Shown piece by piece: positions 54,924 to 64,000 of a stretch of 64,000 nt of DNA (the first letter of the stretch is position 1; each line of letters opens with the position of its first letter). Source of the DNA: Paludibacteraceae bacterium. GTDB taxonomy: Bacteria > Bacteroidota > Bacteroidia > Bacteroidales > Paludibacteraceae. The notes below the pieces were generated by a model. It did not search any database and had not been told where the DNA came from. It was given only the letters and a program-made list of their open reading frames with translations. The translations under genes were made by a program, and so were the position numbers. Location of the stretch: the NCBI GenBank assembly GCA_045658785.1, contig JAZOVR010000013.1:13424-77423 (forward strand). Direction: 5' to 3'.

Positions 54924-56063
54924 ATGCGAATTGTAATTTTAGGTACAGCTTGGCCCTACAGAGGCGGATTGGCAGCGTTTAACGAACGACTTGCTAGACA
55001 ATTTGTAATAGAAGGACACCAAGTGGAAGTGGTGACATTTCGTTTGCAATACCCTGGTTTTCTTTTCCCAGGAAAGACGCAGTATAGCCATGAAGTTGCT
55101 CCTGAAGGATTGAAAATCACCCGCGAAATAAATTCGTGCAACCCATTGAGTTGGATTAAAGTAGGCAAAAGATTGAAAAAGGAAGCACCCGATTTGTTAA
55201 TCAGTTGCTATTGGATGGCATTCTTTGCGCCATGCTACGGAGTGATTCAAAACATCGTCAAACGCAATGGTAAGACAAAATGTATCGCACTGGTACACAA
55301 CATGATACCACATGAGCCAAGTATATTGGACAAATTATTGGCGCCATTTTACGTAAAGCAGAACGATGGTTTTGTAGCGTTGTCAGATAGCGTAGTGAAG
55401 GATATTGCTTCGTTGGATAAATACAACAAACCCAAAACGTTCTCTCCTCACCCTGTATATGATCATTATGGCGAAAAAATGGACAAAAATGCAGCATGCG
55501 AAGCGTTAGGATTGAATCCTCACAAAAATTACATGCTATTTTTCGGTTTGGTTAGAGCATACAAGGGACTGGACTGGTTGTTGGAAGCGTTTGCAAAAGT
55601 GAAAGATGAATTGACGGATTTGCAGTTGATTGTAGCGGGAGAGTTTTATGAGGATGAGGATAAATATCGCAAGCAGATTGCGGATAACGGCTTGATAGAT
55701 AGAGTGATTATCAAGAACGAGTTTGTTGCAGATGCTGATTTGAGAAAATATTTTGGAGCAGCCGATTTAATCGTTCAGCCATACAAGACAGCCACGCAAA
55801 GTGGGGTGACACAGGTGGCGTTCCACTTCGAGAAACCTTGTTTGGTGACCAATGTAGGTGGATTAGGTGAGATTATTCATCACGGGAAGATGGGCTATGC
55901 CGTTGATCCGCAAGTAGATGCAATAGCCGATGCGCTGATTGATTATTATGCGAACGATAGACAGGCAGCGTTTACAGAATACTTAATAAAGGAAAAAGAA
56001 TTGTACGGATGGAATATCATGGCGCAAGCTTTCTACCGTATTTTGTTACATATGGAAAAATAA
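54924..56063 (+). CDS. Family 4 (GT-B) glycosyltransferase
   Basis: 379 aa. MRIVILGTAWPYRGG N-terminus. The C-terminal half has ..PYKTATQSGV...EKP..TNVGGLGEII.. (E-x7-E-like region). Confidence 0.82.
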   Translation: MRIVILGTAWPYRGGLAAFNERLARQFVIEGHQVEVVTFRLQYPGFLFPGKTQYSHEVAPEGLKITREINSCNPLSWIKVGKRLKKEAPDLLISCYWMAFFAPCYGVIQNIVKRNGKTKCIALVHNMIPHEPSILDKLLAPFYVKQNDGFVALSDSVVKDIASLDKYNKPKTFSPHPVYDHYGEKMDKNAACEALGLNPHKNYMLFFGLVRAYKGLDWLLEAFAKVKDELTDLQLIVAGEFYEDEDKYRKQIADNGLIDRVIIKNEFVADADLRKYFGAADLIVQPYKTATQSGVTQVAFHFEKPCLVTNVGGLGEIIHHGKMGYAVDPQVDAIADALIDYYANDRQAAFTEYLIKEKELYGWNIMAQAFYRILLHMEK

Positions 56064-56070
56064 CAATACA

Positions 56071-56721
56071 ATGATGCGAGCAATATCTCCCTCTCTTTTG
56101 GCAGCGGATTTTGGCAATTTGCAACGCGAATGCGAAATGATCAATGCAAGTAGTGCAGAATATCTGCATATTGACGTGATGGACGGCGTGTTTGTGCCTA
56201 ACATCTCGTTTGGATTTCCCGTGATGGAAGCGTGTAAGAAACACTGTACCAAGCCATTGGACGTACACTTGATGATTACCCACCCCGAAAAATATGTAGA
56301 ACGCTTTTGCGATGCTGGCGCATGGAGTGTGGGATTTCACATTGAAGCAGTAGATGACCCTATGCCTGCGATAGAGCTGATAAGGAAAAAAGGTGTACGT
56401 ACTTGCCTGACAATCAATCCAAAAACCGACATTCATAGTCTGGATCCCTATTTAGGCGAGGTGGATATGGTACTCTTGATGTCGGTACAAGCGGGATATG
56501 GAGGTCAGGGCTTCATCCCAGAGTCATTGGATCGTTTGCGCTATCTTCGCCAAGCGATTGATGAGCGCGGATTGAAGACACTGATTGAGGTAGATGGCGG
56601 AGTAAATGCCAAGTTGGCACCTGAATTGTGGGCAGCTGGAGCAGATATTTTGGTGGCTGGTAGTGCGGTGTTTAATGCCAAAGATCCAATAACAATGATT
56701 AACCTCTTGAAAGAGGGTTAA
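56071..56721 (+). CDS. rpe: Ribulose-phosphate 3-epimerase
   Basis: 216 aa. SLLAADF, LHIDVMDGVFVPN, VDGGVN, VAGSAVF. Confidence 0.95.
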   Translation: MMRAISPSLLAADFGNLQRECEMINASSAEYLHIDVMDGVFVPNISFGFPVMEACKKHCTKPLDVHLMITHPEKYVERFCDAGAWSVGFHIEAVDDPMPAIELIRKKGVRTCLTINPKTDIHSLDPYLGEVDMVLLMSVQAGYGGQGFIPESLDRLRYLRQAIDERGLKTLIEVDGGVNAKLAPELWAAGADILVAGSAVFNAKDPITMINLLKEG

Positions 56722-56728
56722 CCACCGC

Positions 56729-56770
56729 AATTCAGAGGACGCTCTACGAGCTACAGTTTAGAGGTTAAAG
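56729..56770 (+). repeat. Hairpin-element copy plus heptamers between rpe and comEC
   Basis: ATTCAGAG GAC GCTC-TAC-GAGC TACA (56729-56755), then GTTTAGAG GTTAAAG. GCTACAGTTTAGAG is shared with 25265-25278. Confidence 0.8.
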
Positions 56771-56781
56771 GCGAGAGATAT

Positions 56782-58197
56782 ATGAGATGGTTGGCGGCAC
56801 ATACATGGTTGATAGCATTGGTGCCGTTGGTAGTGATAATATGGGTAAGCGGCTATACAGGTAAGCCGCTTAACTTATTGAAAGACACTGAAGTAGGCTA
56901 TATTGGTAAAGATACGGTTCTAGCGATGCGCCTACAGAGCGAAGGACAAGAAAAAGCTAAGACCATACGCTATGAAGCAACGGTAGAAGACGGGAGTAAA
57001 GTGTTGCTCTACCTGCAAAAAGATAGCCTCATGATGCCTAAAAGGGGGGATGTATTGTTGGTGCAAACGACTGTTAAAAGAGGCGATCAATTGGGAGAGT
57101 TTGACTATGGATTGTATCTTAGGAGGCAAGGGATAGCAGGCACATGTTGGGCATATAGAAGAAACTGGCAAGTGATTGGTCATGAGGAAGATAGGAGTAT
57201 CAAAGGATATGCACGAAGATGTCAATACTATCTGCACCAACAATACCAAAAAATGGGGATAACGGGCAAAGAGTTGGGCATCCTTTCCGCACTAACCTTG
57301 GGCTACCGTGAAGAATTGGACAAAGACGTACAACGCGTTTTTTCAGCTTCGGGCGCGATGCATGTATTGGCAGTCAGTGGTTTGCACACAGGAATCGTGT
57401 GGGGTGCTATCGTCTGGCTTTTGACTTTGGGAGGATGGAAGAAACCATTGTGGGACGAGAAGGGCAAGCGTTGGCTGCTGAATATCAGTTCGATCATGCT
57501 GATTTGGGCATACGCGTTGATCACGGGCCTGAGTCCATCGGTGATGCGAAGCGCATTGATGTTGAGTTTTTGGGCTTTGAGCAATCTATTTGAGCAATAT
57601 ACCTCGCGATGGAATCCCGTGTTAGCAGCAGCTTTTATCATTCTGGTAATCAATCCATTAGCATTATGGAGTGTGAGTTTTCAGTTGAGTTTTGCAGCAG
57701 TGATAGGTATCATGTGGGCAGGCAGTAAGATGCAGCGAATGGTGATTTTGCATGGGAGAATATGGCAGTACATCGGAGGATTGCTGCTGGTTTCAGTAGC
57801 CGCACAGGTAGGTACGATGCCGTTGACGTTGCATTATTTCGGGCAAACGAGCAACTATTTTGCGCTGACAAATCTGATAGTAATTCCCATGGCAGGATTG
57901 CTTTTGGTATTGGGTTTCAGTACGTTATCCATGTCGTGGTGCGTAGTCGGGGAATGGTTAGGAGCGGCCACCAAATGGTGTACGTGGGTCATGCGGGAAG
58001 CCGTAGAATGGGTAGAGAGTTTGCCTTTTTCAACGACCCAGATACATTTAAGTAGCGAAAGTGTAGTGGGGCTTTACTGCGCGTTTATTTGTGGATTGCT
58101 CATGCTACGTGGCGGCAAAGTACATTGGTGGTGGCTAATCGGAGTGGTCGTTAGTTTGGTTGGGATAATGAATTTTGAATTAAGAATTATGAAATAG
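56782..58197 (+). CDS. comEC: ComEC/Rec2-family DNA internalisation channel protein, short form without metallo-beta-lactamase domain
   Basis: 471 aa. N-terminal TM plus OB-like region. Competence domain with ..VFSASGAMHVLAVSGLH.. and multiple TM helices. It ends ..NFELRIMK* inside an AT-rich heptamer block. Confidence 0.82.
   Translation: MRWLAAHTWLIALVPLVVIIWVSGYTGKPLNLLKDTEVGYIGKDTVLAMRLQSEGQEKAKTIRYEATVEDGSKVLLYLQKDSLMMPKRGDVLLVQTTVKRGDQLGEFDYGLYLRRQGIAGTCWAYRRNWQVIGHEEDRSIKGYARRCQYYLHQQYQKMGITGKELGILSALTLGYREELDKDVQRVFSASGAMHVLAVSGLHTGIVWGAIVWLLTLGGWKKPLWDEKGKRWLLNISSIMLIWAYALITGLSPSVMRSALMLSFWALSNLFEQYTSRWNPVLAAAFIILVINPLALWSVSFQLSFAAVIGIMWAGSKMQRMVILHGRIWQYIGGLLLVSVAAQVGTMPLTLHYFGQTSNYFALTNLIVIPMAGLLLVLGFSTLSMSWCVVGEWLGAATKWCTWVMREAVEWVESLPFSTTQIHLSSESVVGLYCAFICGLLMLRGGKVHWWWLIGVVVSLVGIMNFELRIMK
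58169..58197. repeat. AT-rich heptamer block AATTTTG AATTAAG AATTATG AAATAG
   Basis: Read directly. It encodes the last 8 residues and the stop of comEC. Confidence 0.8.
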
Positions 58198-58303
58198 ATG
58201 AGCGATGTCAGTCAGTATAAAAAGAAAAAAAAACGGTCTATCTACAGCGTATCATCAGCGCATCTACAGCGGAATAACTAACTACTAACTAATCATTAAT
58301 CAG

Positions 58304-59458
58304 ATGAAAACGTTTAGTTTAAGAGAATTGTGCGATTGCATTCAGGATGTCATTGAGCATGAACTCCCCGAACGGTATTGGGTTTGCGCGGAAGTTGGTT
58401 CGATGAGCACCCGCGGACATTGCTATATGGAATTGGTGGAAAAAGGCGAAAATGGGATCCTTGCAGCCAAAGTAAGAGCCACCTGCTGGAGTAATGTATA
58501 TACCTTATTATCAGCTTATTTCACCCAAGAAACAGGACAAGCATTGCGCGCAGGTATGCAAGTACTCATCGAAGTGAGCATAGAGTTTCACGCCGTGTAT
58601 GGATTGAGCCTAAACATCTGGAATATAGACCCCACTTACACCATAGGCGATTTGGCCAAACAACGCCAAGCCACCATCCGCCGATTAACCGAAGAAGGTG
58701 TGATGGAGTTACAACAAGCATTGACAATCCCAAGTCTGCCACGACGGGTGGCTGTAGTATCATCGGCTGATGCGGCAGGATATGAAGATTTCTGCAACCA
58801 ACTGAAGCATAACCGTTTTGGATTCACCTTCCACACCCACCTATATCCCGCTGTTATGCAAGGAGATACAGCACCCAAAAGTATCATTGGCGCGCTCAAC
58901 GAGATTGCCTCTGTGGAAGACGAATGGGATGTGGTAGTCATTATTCGCGGTGGAGGCGCAAGCTCAGACTTAGGGTGCTTTGATGATTATGATTTGGCTA
59001 ACCATTGCGCACAGTTTCCCTTGCCCATCATTGCAGGTATAGGTCATACGCGAGACGTAAGTGTGGTGGACATGGTAACACATACGAGCGTCAAAACTCC
59101 AACAGCAGCCGCAGAACATCTGATTGAACACATCGCAATGCAAGTAGAGCATGTGGGAGACCTATTAGCACGTTTACGAAATGCCACTCAAAGCGTGGTG
59201 AATAAAGAAAAAAATAGGCTACTCATGTACCCTCAAAGAATGGAGAGCGCCATCAGAAGGGCTGTAATAAAAGAACAAGGAAAATTGTCTTTATGGATGA
59301 AAACCATAGAGTTACACTCACCAGAGAGGATATTCAACATGGGATATAGCCTAACTATGCGGAATGGCAAAATAGTAAAAAGTAGCCGAGATATTGAGTC
59401 TGGCGATACGATTGAAACCTATTTACAAGACGGAACAATTCATTCAGTTGTGAAATGA
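58304..59458 (+). CDS. xseA: Exodeoxyribonuclease VII large subunit
   Basis: 384 aa. N-terminal OB-fold (..YWVCAEVGSMSTRGHCYMELVEK..), IIRGGGASSDL, GIGHTRD. Confidence 0.9.
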   Translation: MKTFSLRELCDCIQDVIEHELPERYWVCAEVGSMSTRGHCYMELVEKGENGILAAKVRATCWSNVYTLLSAYFTQETGQALRAGMQVLIEVSIEFHAVYGLSLNIWNIDPTYTIGDLAKQRQATIRRLTEEGVMELQQALTIPSLPRRVAVVSSADAAGYEDFCNQLKHNRFGFTFHTHLYPAVMQGDTAPKSIIGALNEIASVEDEWDVVVIIRGGGASSDLGCFDDYDLANHCAQFPLPIIAGIGHTRDVSVVDMVTHTSVKTPTAAAEHLIEHIAMQVEHVGDLLARLRNATQSVVNKEKNRLLMYPQRMESAIRRAVIKEQGKLSLWMKTIELHSPERIFNMGYSLTMRNGKIVKSSRDIESGDTIETYLQDGTIHSVVK

Positions 59459-60378
59459 AAAAGCAACGGAAAATATATTTCTTAATGACCCTTGAGCAAT
59501 GGTTGGGGCTTGTGCTATTGATATTCTTGATTATTGGCACGCTAGTTATTGTGCGTCATCTTCAACCTCAAAAAACGACAGAGAAGAGCTGGGCAAACGA
59601 TTCGACAATAACACAATTCGCTGATTATCAACAGAAACAAGATAGTATCCATAAAGACAGATGGAAAAAGGAGCGTGACACCATAGCGATTCGCATGCAA
59701 GCATTTGATCCTAACAACGCAGATAGCCTTACTTTACTGCACTTAGGACTCAAACCCTGGCAAGTCAAAAACATATTGAAATACCGCTCAAAAGGCGGTA
59801 AATATCGCAAAGCCGCAGATTTAAAACGGATGTACGGCATGACAGATAGTATGTATCAAGCGTTGACACCTTATATATATATCGCGCGCGAGGAAGAAGA
59901 TAGTCTAGCACCAGACTCCACACGATTAGATAGTCTGCCAAAATGGAAAAAAGAGAACAAAGATACCATACTCAATTTGCGAACAGCAGACACAACAGAG
60001 CTAAAAATGATTCGCGGAATAGGTTCATACAGAGCACGACAAATCATACGCTATCGCGAGCAATTAGGTGGATTTGTCAAGATAGAGCAAGTGCTTGAGG
60101 CACCAGGAATGGAAAAAGTGGAAGCTGATAGCCTGCTGAGGTGGTTGATGATAGATAGCATCGCTGTGGAGCAGATGAATGTGAATCAAGTGAGTGCGCA
60201 ACGATTAGCCAAGCACCCTTATCTACGCTTCGAACAAGCCAAAGCGATCTATGAACTACGAAGAAAGAAGATACGGCTACATTCGATAGAAGATTTAGAG
60301 GAATTGGATTGTATGGATGCAAGAACCCTTGAAAAGATAGCTCCATACCTTAATTTTGACAAAAAAAATAATTACTAA
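59455..60378 (+). CDS. Membrane-anchored helix-hairpin-helix DNA-binding protein, ComEA-like
   Basis: 307 aa with one N-terminal TM. Repeated HhH units (..ELKMIRGIGSYRARQIIRYREQLGGF.., ..LGLKPWQVKNILKYRSKGG.., ..LAKHPYLRFEQAKAIYELR..). ATGA overlap with xseA. Confidence 0.72.
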   Translation: MKKQRKIYFLMTLEQWLGLVLLIFLIIGTLVIVRHLQPQKTTEKSWANDSTITQFADYQQKQDSIHKDRWKKERDTIAIRMQAFDPNNADSLTLLHLGLKPWQVKNILKYRSKGGKYRKAADLKRMYGMTDSMYQALTPYIYIAREEEDSLAPDSTRLDSLPKWKKENKDTILNLRTADTTELKMIRGIGSYRARQIIRYREQLGGFVKIEQVLEAPGMEKVEADSLLRWLMIDSIAVEQMNVNQVSAQRLAKHPYLRFEQAKAIYELRRKKIRLHSIEDLEELDCMDARTLEKIAPYLNFDKKNNY

Positions 60379-60429
60379 TTTAGTTTGGCACAGTATTTGT
60401 AGTAATTAGAATCAGAACATTACTATGCA

Positions 60430-61113
60430 ATGAAGAAAGTACAAACTAACATACTAGTAGTAGATGGTGATGCTAACTTGAGCACCGTCTTGGCAGATTA
60501 CCTACGCAGCAAAAACTATTCAGTAGAAATAGCAGCCGATGGAAAAGAAGCATGGGATCTAGCCATGATCAAGCATTACGATCTGGTTATCAGCGATATA
60601 GTATTACCAAAAGTCAGTGGTTTTGATCTAATCAAAATGATTCGCGCCCAGAAATCTGACTTGCCTATCATCGTGTTAAGTGCAAAAATGGATCGAGATG
60701 ATGTGATACGTGCATATGAATTAGGATGCGATGACTACATGAGTAAACCATTTTCTATGGACATCTTGATCTGCAAAATCGAGGCCGTCTTACGAAGATA
60801 CCGTATGATCATGGAGTCAGAACAAACAGAATGGCAGTTGGGCGCACTGACATATGACTCTGTTCGACAACAGTTAGGAGAGAAGCATTTGAGTTCCAGA
60901 GAGAATGATTTGTTGAAGATGCTATGCATTAGCATGAATAACGTTGTGGAGCGTAACCGTATCCTAATGAGTATCTGGGGAGCAGATACATACTTCAACG
61001 CTAGGTCATTGAGCGTATATATCAATCACTTACGCAAATATCTAGGAGAAGATACGCCCGTTCGAATAATGAGCGTTCATGGCAAAGGATACAAATTAGT
61101 AATCTTAGAGTGA
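60430..61113 (+). CDS. OmpR/PhoB-family response regulator (receiver plus winged helix); no kinase gene adjacent
   Basis: 227 aa. ILVVDGD, phospho-acceptor context LVISDIVLP, LSAK, DDYMSKPF. C-terminal ..LSVYINHLRKYL...VHGKGYKL. Confidence 0.9.
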   Translation: MKKVQTNILVVDGDANLSTVLADYLRSKNYSVEIAADGKEAWDLAMIKHYDLVISDIVLPKVSGFDLIKMIRAQKSDLPIIVLSAKMDRDDVIRAYELGCDDYMSKPFSMDILICKIEAVLRRYRMIMESEQTEWQLGALTYDSVRQQLGEKHLSSRENDLLKMLCISMNNVVERNRILMSIWGADTYFNARSLSVYINHLRKYLGEDTPVRIMSVHGKGYKLVILE

Positions 61114-61226
61114 CAACAAAGACCCAAACACGATTAAACTCAATCGTGTTGATAAAAAATAGTGTTTTTCATAATATGTGTGGAGAGTTCGATGGGATAT
61201 CGCGCTCTCTTTTTTTATCCCAATTA

Positions 61227-61258
61227 TTTGCGTATATCAAAAAAAAATTGTATCTTTG
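61227..61258 (+). promoter_or_regulatory. -33/-7 promoter of ansA
   Basis: TTTG 61227-61230, 20-nt spacer, TATCTTTG 61251-61258. Confidence 0.6.
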
Positions 61259-61275
61259 CAGCGGATTAATAGCAT

Positions 61276-62313
61276 ATGAAAATGAAAGTATTGCTTCTTT
61301 TTACTGGCGGCACTATATCTATGGTACGCGACCCACAATCTGGCGCTCTGCATCCTGCGGATATGCAGACATTCAAGGGCGTAGTACCTGAGTTATTCGC
61401 CAGTGATATTCAGGTAGATATGATTCCGTTTGATCCACTCTTGGACTCTTCGGATCTAAATCCAGACAACTGGCGACAAATGGCGCGCGTAGTGCAAGAG
61501 AACTACGATAGGTATGACGGTTTTGTCATCCTTCATGGCACTGACACCATGGCCTATTCTGCCTCGGCATTGAGTTTCATGTTTGACAATTTGTGCAAGC
61601 CAATCGTGTTTACAGGTAGCCAATTGCCCGTGGGAGTATTGCGGTCGGATGCAAAAGAGAACTTATTGACAGCCATAGAGATAGCCGCTGCGAAAGACGA
61701 AAATGGCAATGCGATAGTGCCCGAAGTAACGCTGTATATGGATGGCGAACTATATCGAGGCAATCGCGCAACCAAACGCAATGCAGAGCATTTCTCCGCG
61801 TTCAACTCCTACAATTATCCTGCGCTCGCGCGTGCTGGCGTACACATCACCTACAACCGTCAATTGATTGAACCAATTGGAAATACAGCACGTCCGTTGC
61901 ACGTGTTTGACCGTTTTGATACACGCGTCGCCATACTGAAATTATTTCCAGGAATTACCGAAGAGGTGGTGGCCTCTGTCTTGAACATTCCTACCCTACG
62001 AGGAGTAGTACTAGAGACATTTGGCGCAGGCAATGCACCTTCGCACGAGTGGCTATACGAACGCTTGCGCAGTGCCGTAGATCGCGGAGTGGTCATCGTC
62101 AACAAAACCCAATGCAATACAGGTTCAGTAAGCATGGGACAGTATGCAGTGAGTCTTAACCTGCTAAAAGCAGGCGTAATCTCGGGTTATGACATCACGA
62201 CAGAAGCTTTGCTAACAAAGATGATGCATGTGCTGGGCGAATATGGAGATGATATAGCAAAAATCAAAACGATGTTGTCTGCCTCCATCTGCGGAGAAAT
62301 GACCAAGGCATAA
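61276..62313 (+). CDS. ansA: Type I (cytoplasmic) L-asparaginase
   Basis: 345 aa. LLFTGGTISM and ILHGTDTMAY catalytic motifs. Confidence 0.9.
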   Translation: MKMKVLLLFTGGTISMVRDPQSGALHPADMQTFKGVVPELFASDIQVDMIPFDPLLDSSDLNPDNWRQMARVVQENYDRYDGFVILHGTDTMAYSASALSFMFDNLCKPIVFTGSQLPVGVLRSDAKENLLTAIEIAAAKDENGNAIVPEVTLYMDGELYRGNRATKRNAEHFSAFNSYNYPALARAGVHITYNRQLIEPIGNTARPLHVFDRFDTRVAILKLFPGITEEVVASVLNIPTLRGVVLETFGAGNAPSHEWLYERLRSAVDRGVVIVNKTQCNTGSVSMGQYAVSLNLLKAGVISGYDITTEALLTKMMHVLGEYGDDIAKIKTMLSASICGEMTKA

Positions 62314-62348
62314 AAGATTCAAACAAACGTAACAAAAAAGAAAATAAT

Positions 62349-63788
62349 ATGAAGAACTTACAACCTCAAGGTCTCTGGAGCAATTTCTACGACCTAACTC
62401 AAATTCCTCGTCCATCGGGTCAAAAGGAGGAAGTCAGTGCGTTCCTTGCTAACTACGGTCGCTCACTCGGATTGGAAACCATAGTAGATGCTATCGGAAA
62501 TGTGATCATCCGTAAGCCAGCCAGTCCTGGCTATGAGAACCATCCTGGCGTGATACTACAAGGACACATGGACATGGTACCACAGAAGAACAATGACACA
62601 GTATTTGACTTCGCGAAAGACCCTATCGAGGCATATATAGATGGCGAATGGGTAACAGCCAATGGCACTACACTCGGTGCAGATAACGGCATTGGTGTAG
62701 CAGCAGCTATGGCTATCTTGGCAGACAAGAATGTGGTTCACCCACCATTAGAGATGCTTGTAACCGTGGATGAAGAGACTGGTATGTATGGTGCATTTGC
62801 TCTAGAAGGTGGTATGCTACAAGGCAAGACGTTGCTCAACCTCGACTCGGAAGCAGAAGGCGAATTGTATGTAGGTTGCGCAGGCGGCGTAGATACCACA
62901 GCCAAATTCGCTTACACACCAGTAGAAGTGGAGGAAGGCGATGTAGCAGTGAAGGTTAGTTTGACAGGTTGCAAGGGTGGTCACTCAGGTTGTGATATCC
63001 ATCTGCAACGTGCCAATGCCAACAAGCTGTTATTCCGTTTCTTGAAAGAAGCAGTAGCTAACTACGAGGCACGTTTGGCAAGCGTAGAAGGTGGTAGTTT
63101 GCGCAATGCAATCCCGCGTGAAGCTTCAGCCATCATCACTATTCCAGCAGAAGGATTGGATGAGCTAATTGACTTGGTGGCAGAATGCGAAGACCTATTT
63201 GTGGCTGAATACGATGGCATAGAAGATAATATCCGTCTCACCGCAGAGCAAGTAGAATGCCCAGCTATGGAGCTACCAGAAGACGTACAAGACTTCTTGA
63301 TCCATGCCATCACCGCTTGCCCTCACGGCGTATATCGCGTGATACCAGAGATGCCAGACGTGGTAGAGACCAGCAACAACTTGGCCATGCTCAAGACAGA
63401 AGATAACTGCGTAACGGTCATGTGCTTGACACGTTCTTCTGTAGAATCACGCAAGGAAGAGTTGCAAGAGATCATCCAATCCGTATTTGCCATGGCAGGT
63501 GCCGAAGTGGAGTTCTCTGGTTCGTATCCAGGATGGAAACCTAACCTCAAGAGCCATATATTGGATGTAATGAAGCAAACCTATCAATCCAATTATGACG
63601 TTGAACCACGTGTGATCATCATCCACGCGGGCTTAGAGTGCGGTATCATTGGACGTAATTACCCTGGTATGGATATGATCTCGTTCGGTCCTACCATCAA
63701 GTATCCACACTCACCAGACGAGAAAGTAAACATCGCTTCTGTGGCAAAATTCTATGAATATCTATTAGCAACACTAAAAGCGTTATAA
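62349..63788 (+). CDS. pepD: Aminoacyl-histidine dipeptidase (M20 family)
   Basis: 479 aa. LWSNFYDLTQIPRPSG N-terminus, LQGHMDMV, ADNGIGVA, VDEETGM. Confidence 0.92.
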   Translation: MKNLQPQGLWSNFYDLTQIPRPSGQKEEVSAFLANYGRSLGLETIVDAIGNVIIRKPASPGYENHPGVILQGHMDMVPQKNNDTVFDFAKDPIEAYIDGEWVTANGTTLGADNGIGVAAAMAILADKNVVHPPLEMLVTVDEETGMYGAFALEGGMLQGKTLLNLDSEAEGELYVGCAGGVDTTAKFAYTPVEVEEGDVAVKVSLTGCKGGHSGCDIHLQRANANKLLFRFLKEAVANYEARLASVEGGSLRNAIPREASAIITIPAEGLDELIDLVAECEDLFVAEYDGIEDNIRLTAEQVECPAMELPEDVQDFLIHAITACPHGVYRVIPEMPDVVETSNNLAMLKTEDNCVTVMCLTRSSVESRKEELQEIIQSVFAMAGAEVEFSGSYPGWKPNLKSHILDVMKQTYQSNYDVEPRVIIIHAGLECGIIGRNYPGMDMISFGPTIKYPHSPDEKVNIASVAKFYEYLLATLKAL

Positions 63789-63801
63789 TCAGACACATAC
63801 C

Positions 63802-63837
63802 AAAAAAGCCGTTTCATGGATGTGAAACGGCTTTTTT
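63802..63837. terminator. Intrinsic terminator after pepD (A-run / hairpin / T-run)
   Basis: A6-GCCGTTTCA-TGGATG-TGAAACGGC-T6. Confidence 0.85.
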
Positions 63838-63891
63838 CTTTAATCAGCAGCTATCTCATAACAAAAGAAGAAGCATTTCTGCTTCTTCTTG

Positions 63892-63965
63892 CGGTGCGGA
63901 CGGGACTCGAACCCGCGACCCCATGCGTGACAGGCATGTATTCTAACCAACTGAACTACCGCACC
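63892..63965 (-). tRNA. tRNA-Asp (anticodon GTC)
   Basis: The reverse complement folds as a cloverleaf: GGTGCGG TA GTTC AGTTGGTTA GAAT A CATGC CTGTCAC GCATG GGGTC GCGGG TTCGAGT CCCGT CCGCACC G. It is 74 nt and the CCA is not encoded. Confidence 0.92.
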
Positions 63966-64000
63966 AATTTTATGTCTTAGCTTCATTTTCGAAACCGAGT

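Noticed and set aside
54806-54925. 40-residue N-terminal extension of the KdsC-like ORF back to ATG 54925.
   Set aside because: The extension contains this operon's own TTTG/TACCTTTG promoter and overlaps the divergent GT4 promoter and start codon. KdsC-family proteins begin right at the DxDG motif region (MKNIKLFLTDVDG).

Overview
This 64-kb segment looks like Bacteroidota chromosome, probably Prevotella/Bacteroidales-like. The evidence is about a dozen promoters with -33 TTTG, a 20-nt spacer and -7 TAnnTTTG, plus PorQ and T9SS-type cargo, a GldF-like permease, and both PPi- and ATP-dependent phosphofructokinases. I call about 50 protein genes. Most are housekeeping: mutS, pfp, rsmI, cmk, ispH, pfkA, ribE, truA, rpe, xseA, ansA and pepD. 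There is one tRNA-Asp at the right edge. I see no transposase, integrase, prophage, CRISPR array or recognisable defence island. Points worth a second look: (1) A tight four-gene teichoic-acid-style operon (KdsC-type phosphatase, TarI/IspD-type cytidylyltransferase, an asparagine-synthetase-like::TagD fusion, a TagB/F-type phosphotransferase). (2) A perfect 17-bp inverted repeat enclosing 174 bp and ending at the ATG of an acyltransferase gene, which could be an inverton or a structured leader. (3) A family of short interspersed elements (GTTTAGAG flanks around a small GC hairpin whose stem differs in every copy, plus heptamer runs) at many gene junctions; these supply stop codons and C-terminal residues to several genes and occur once inside a flippase gene. 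(4) About nine strictly 11-bp-phased tandem repeats in the long upstream region of a 1654-aa T9SS adhesin gene. (5) Several uncharacterised envelope gene pairs and a winged-helix protein fused to a degenerate histidine-kinase ATPase remnant. (6) An orphan promoter-terminator unit that could be an sRNA. All calls come from reading motifs by eye; no database search or folding program was run, and hand-derived coordinates of short motifs may be off by 1 nt.
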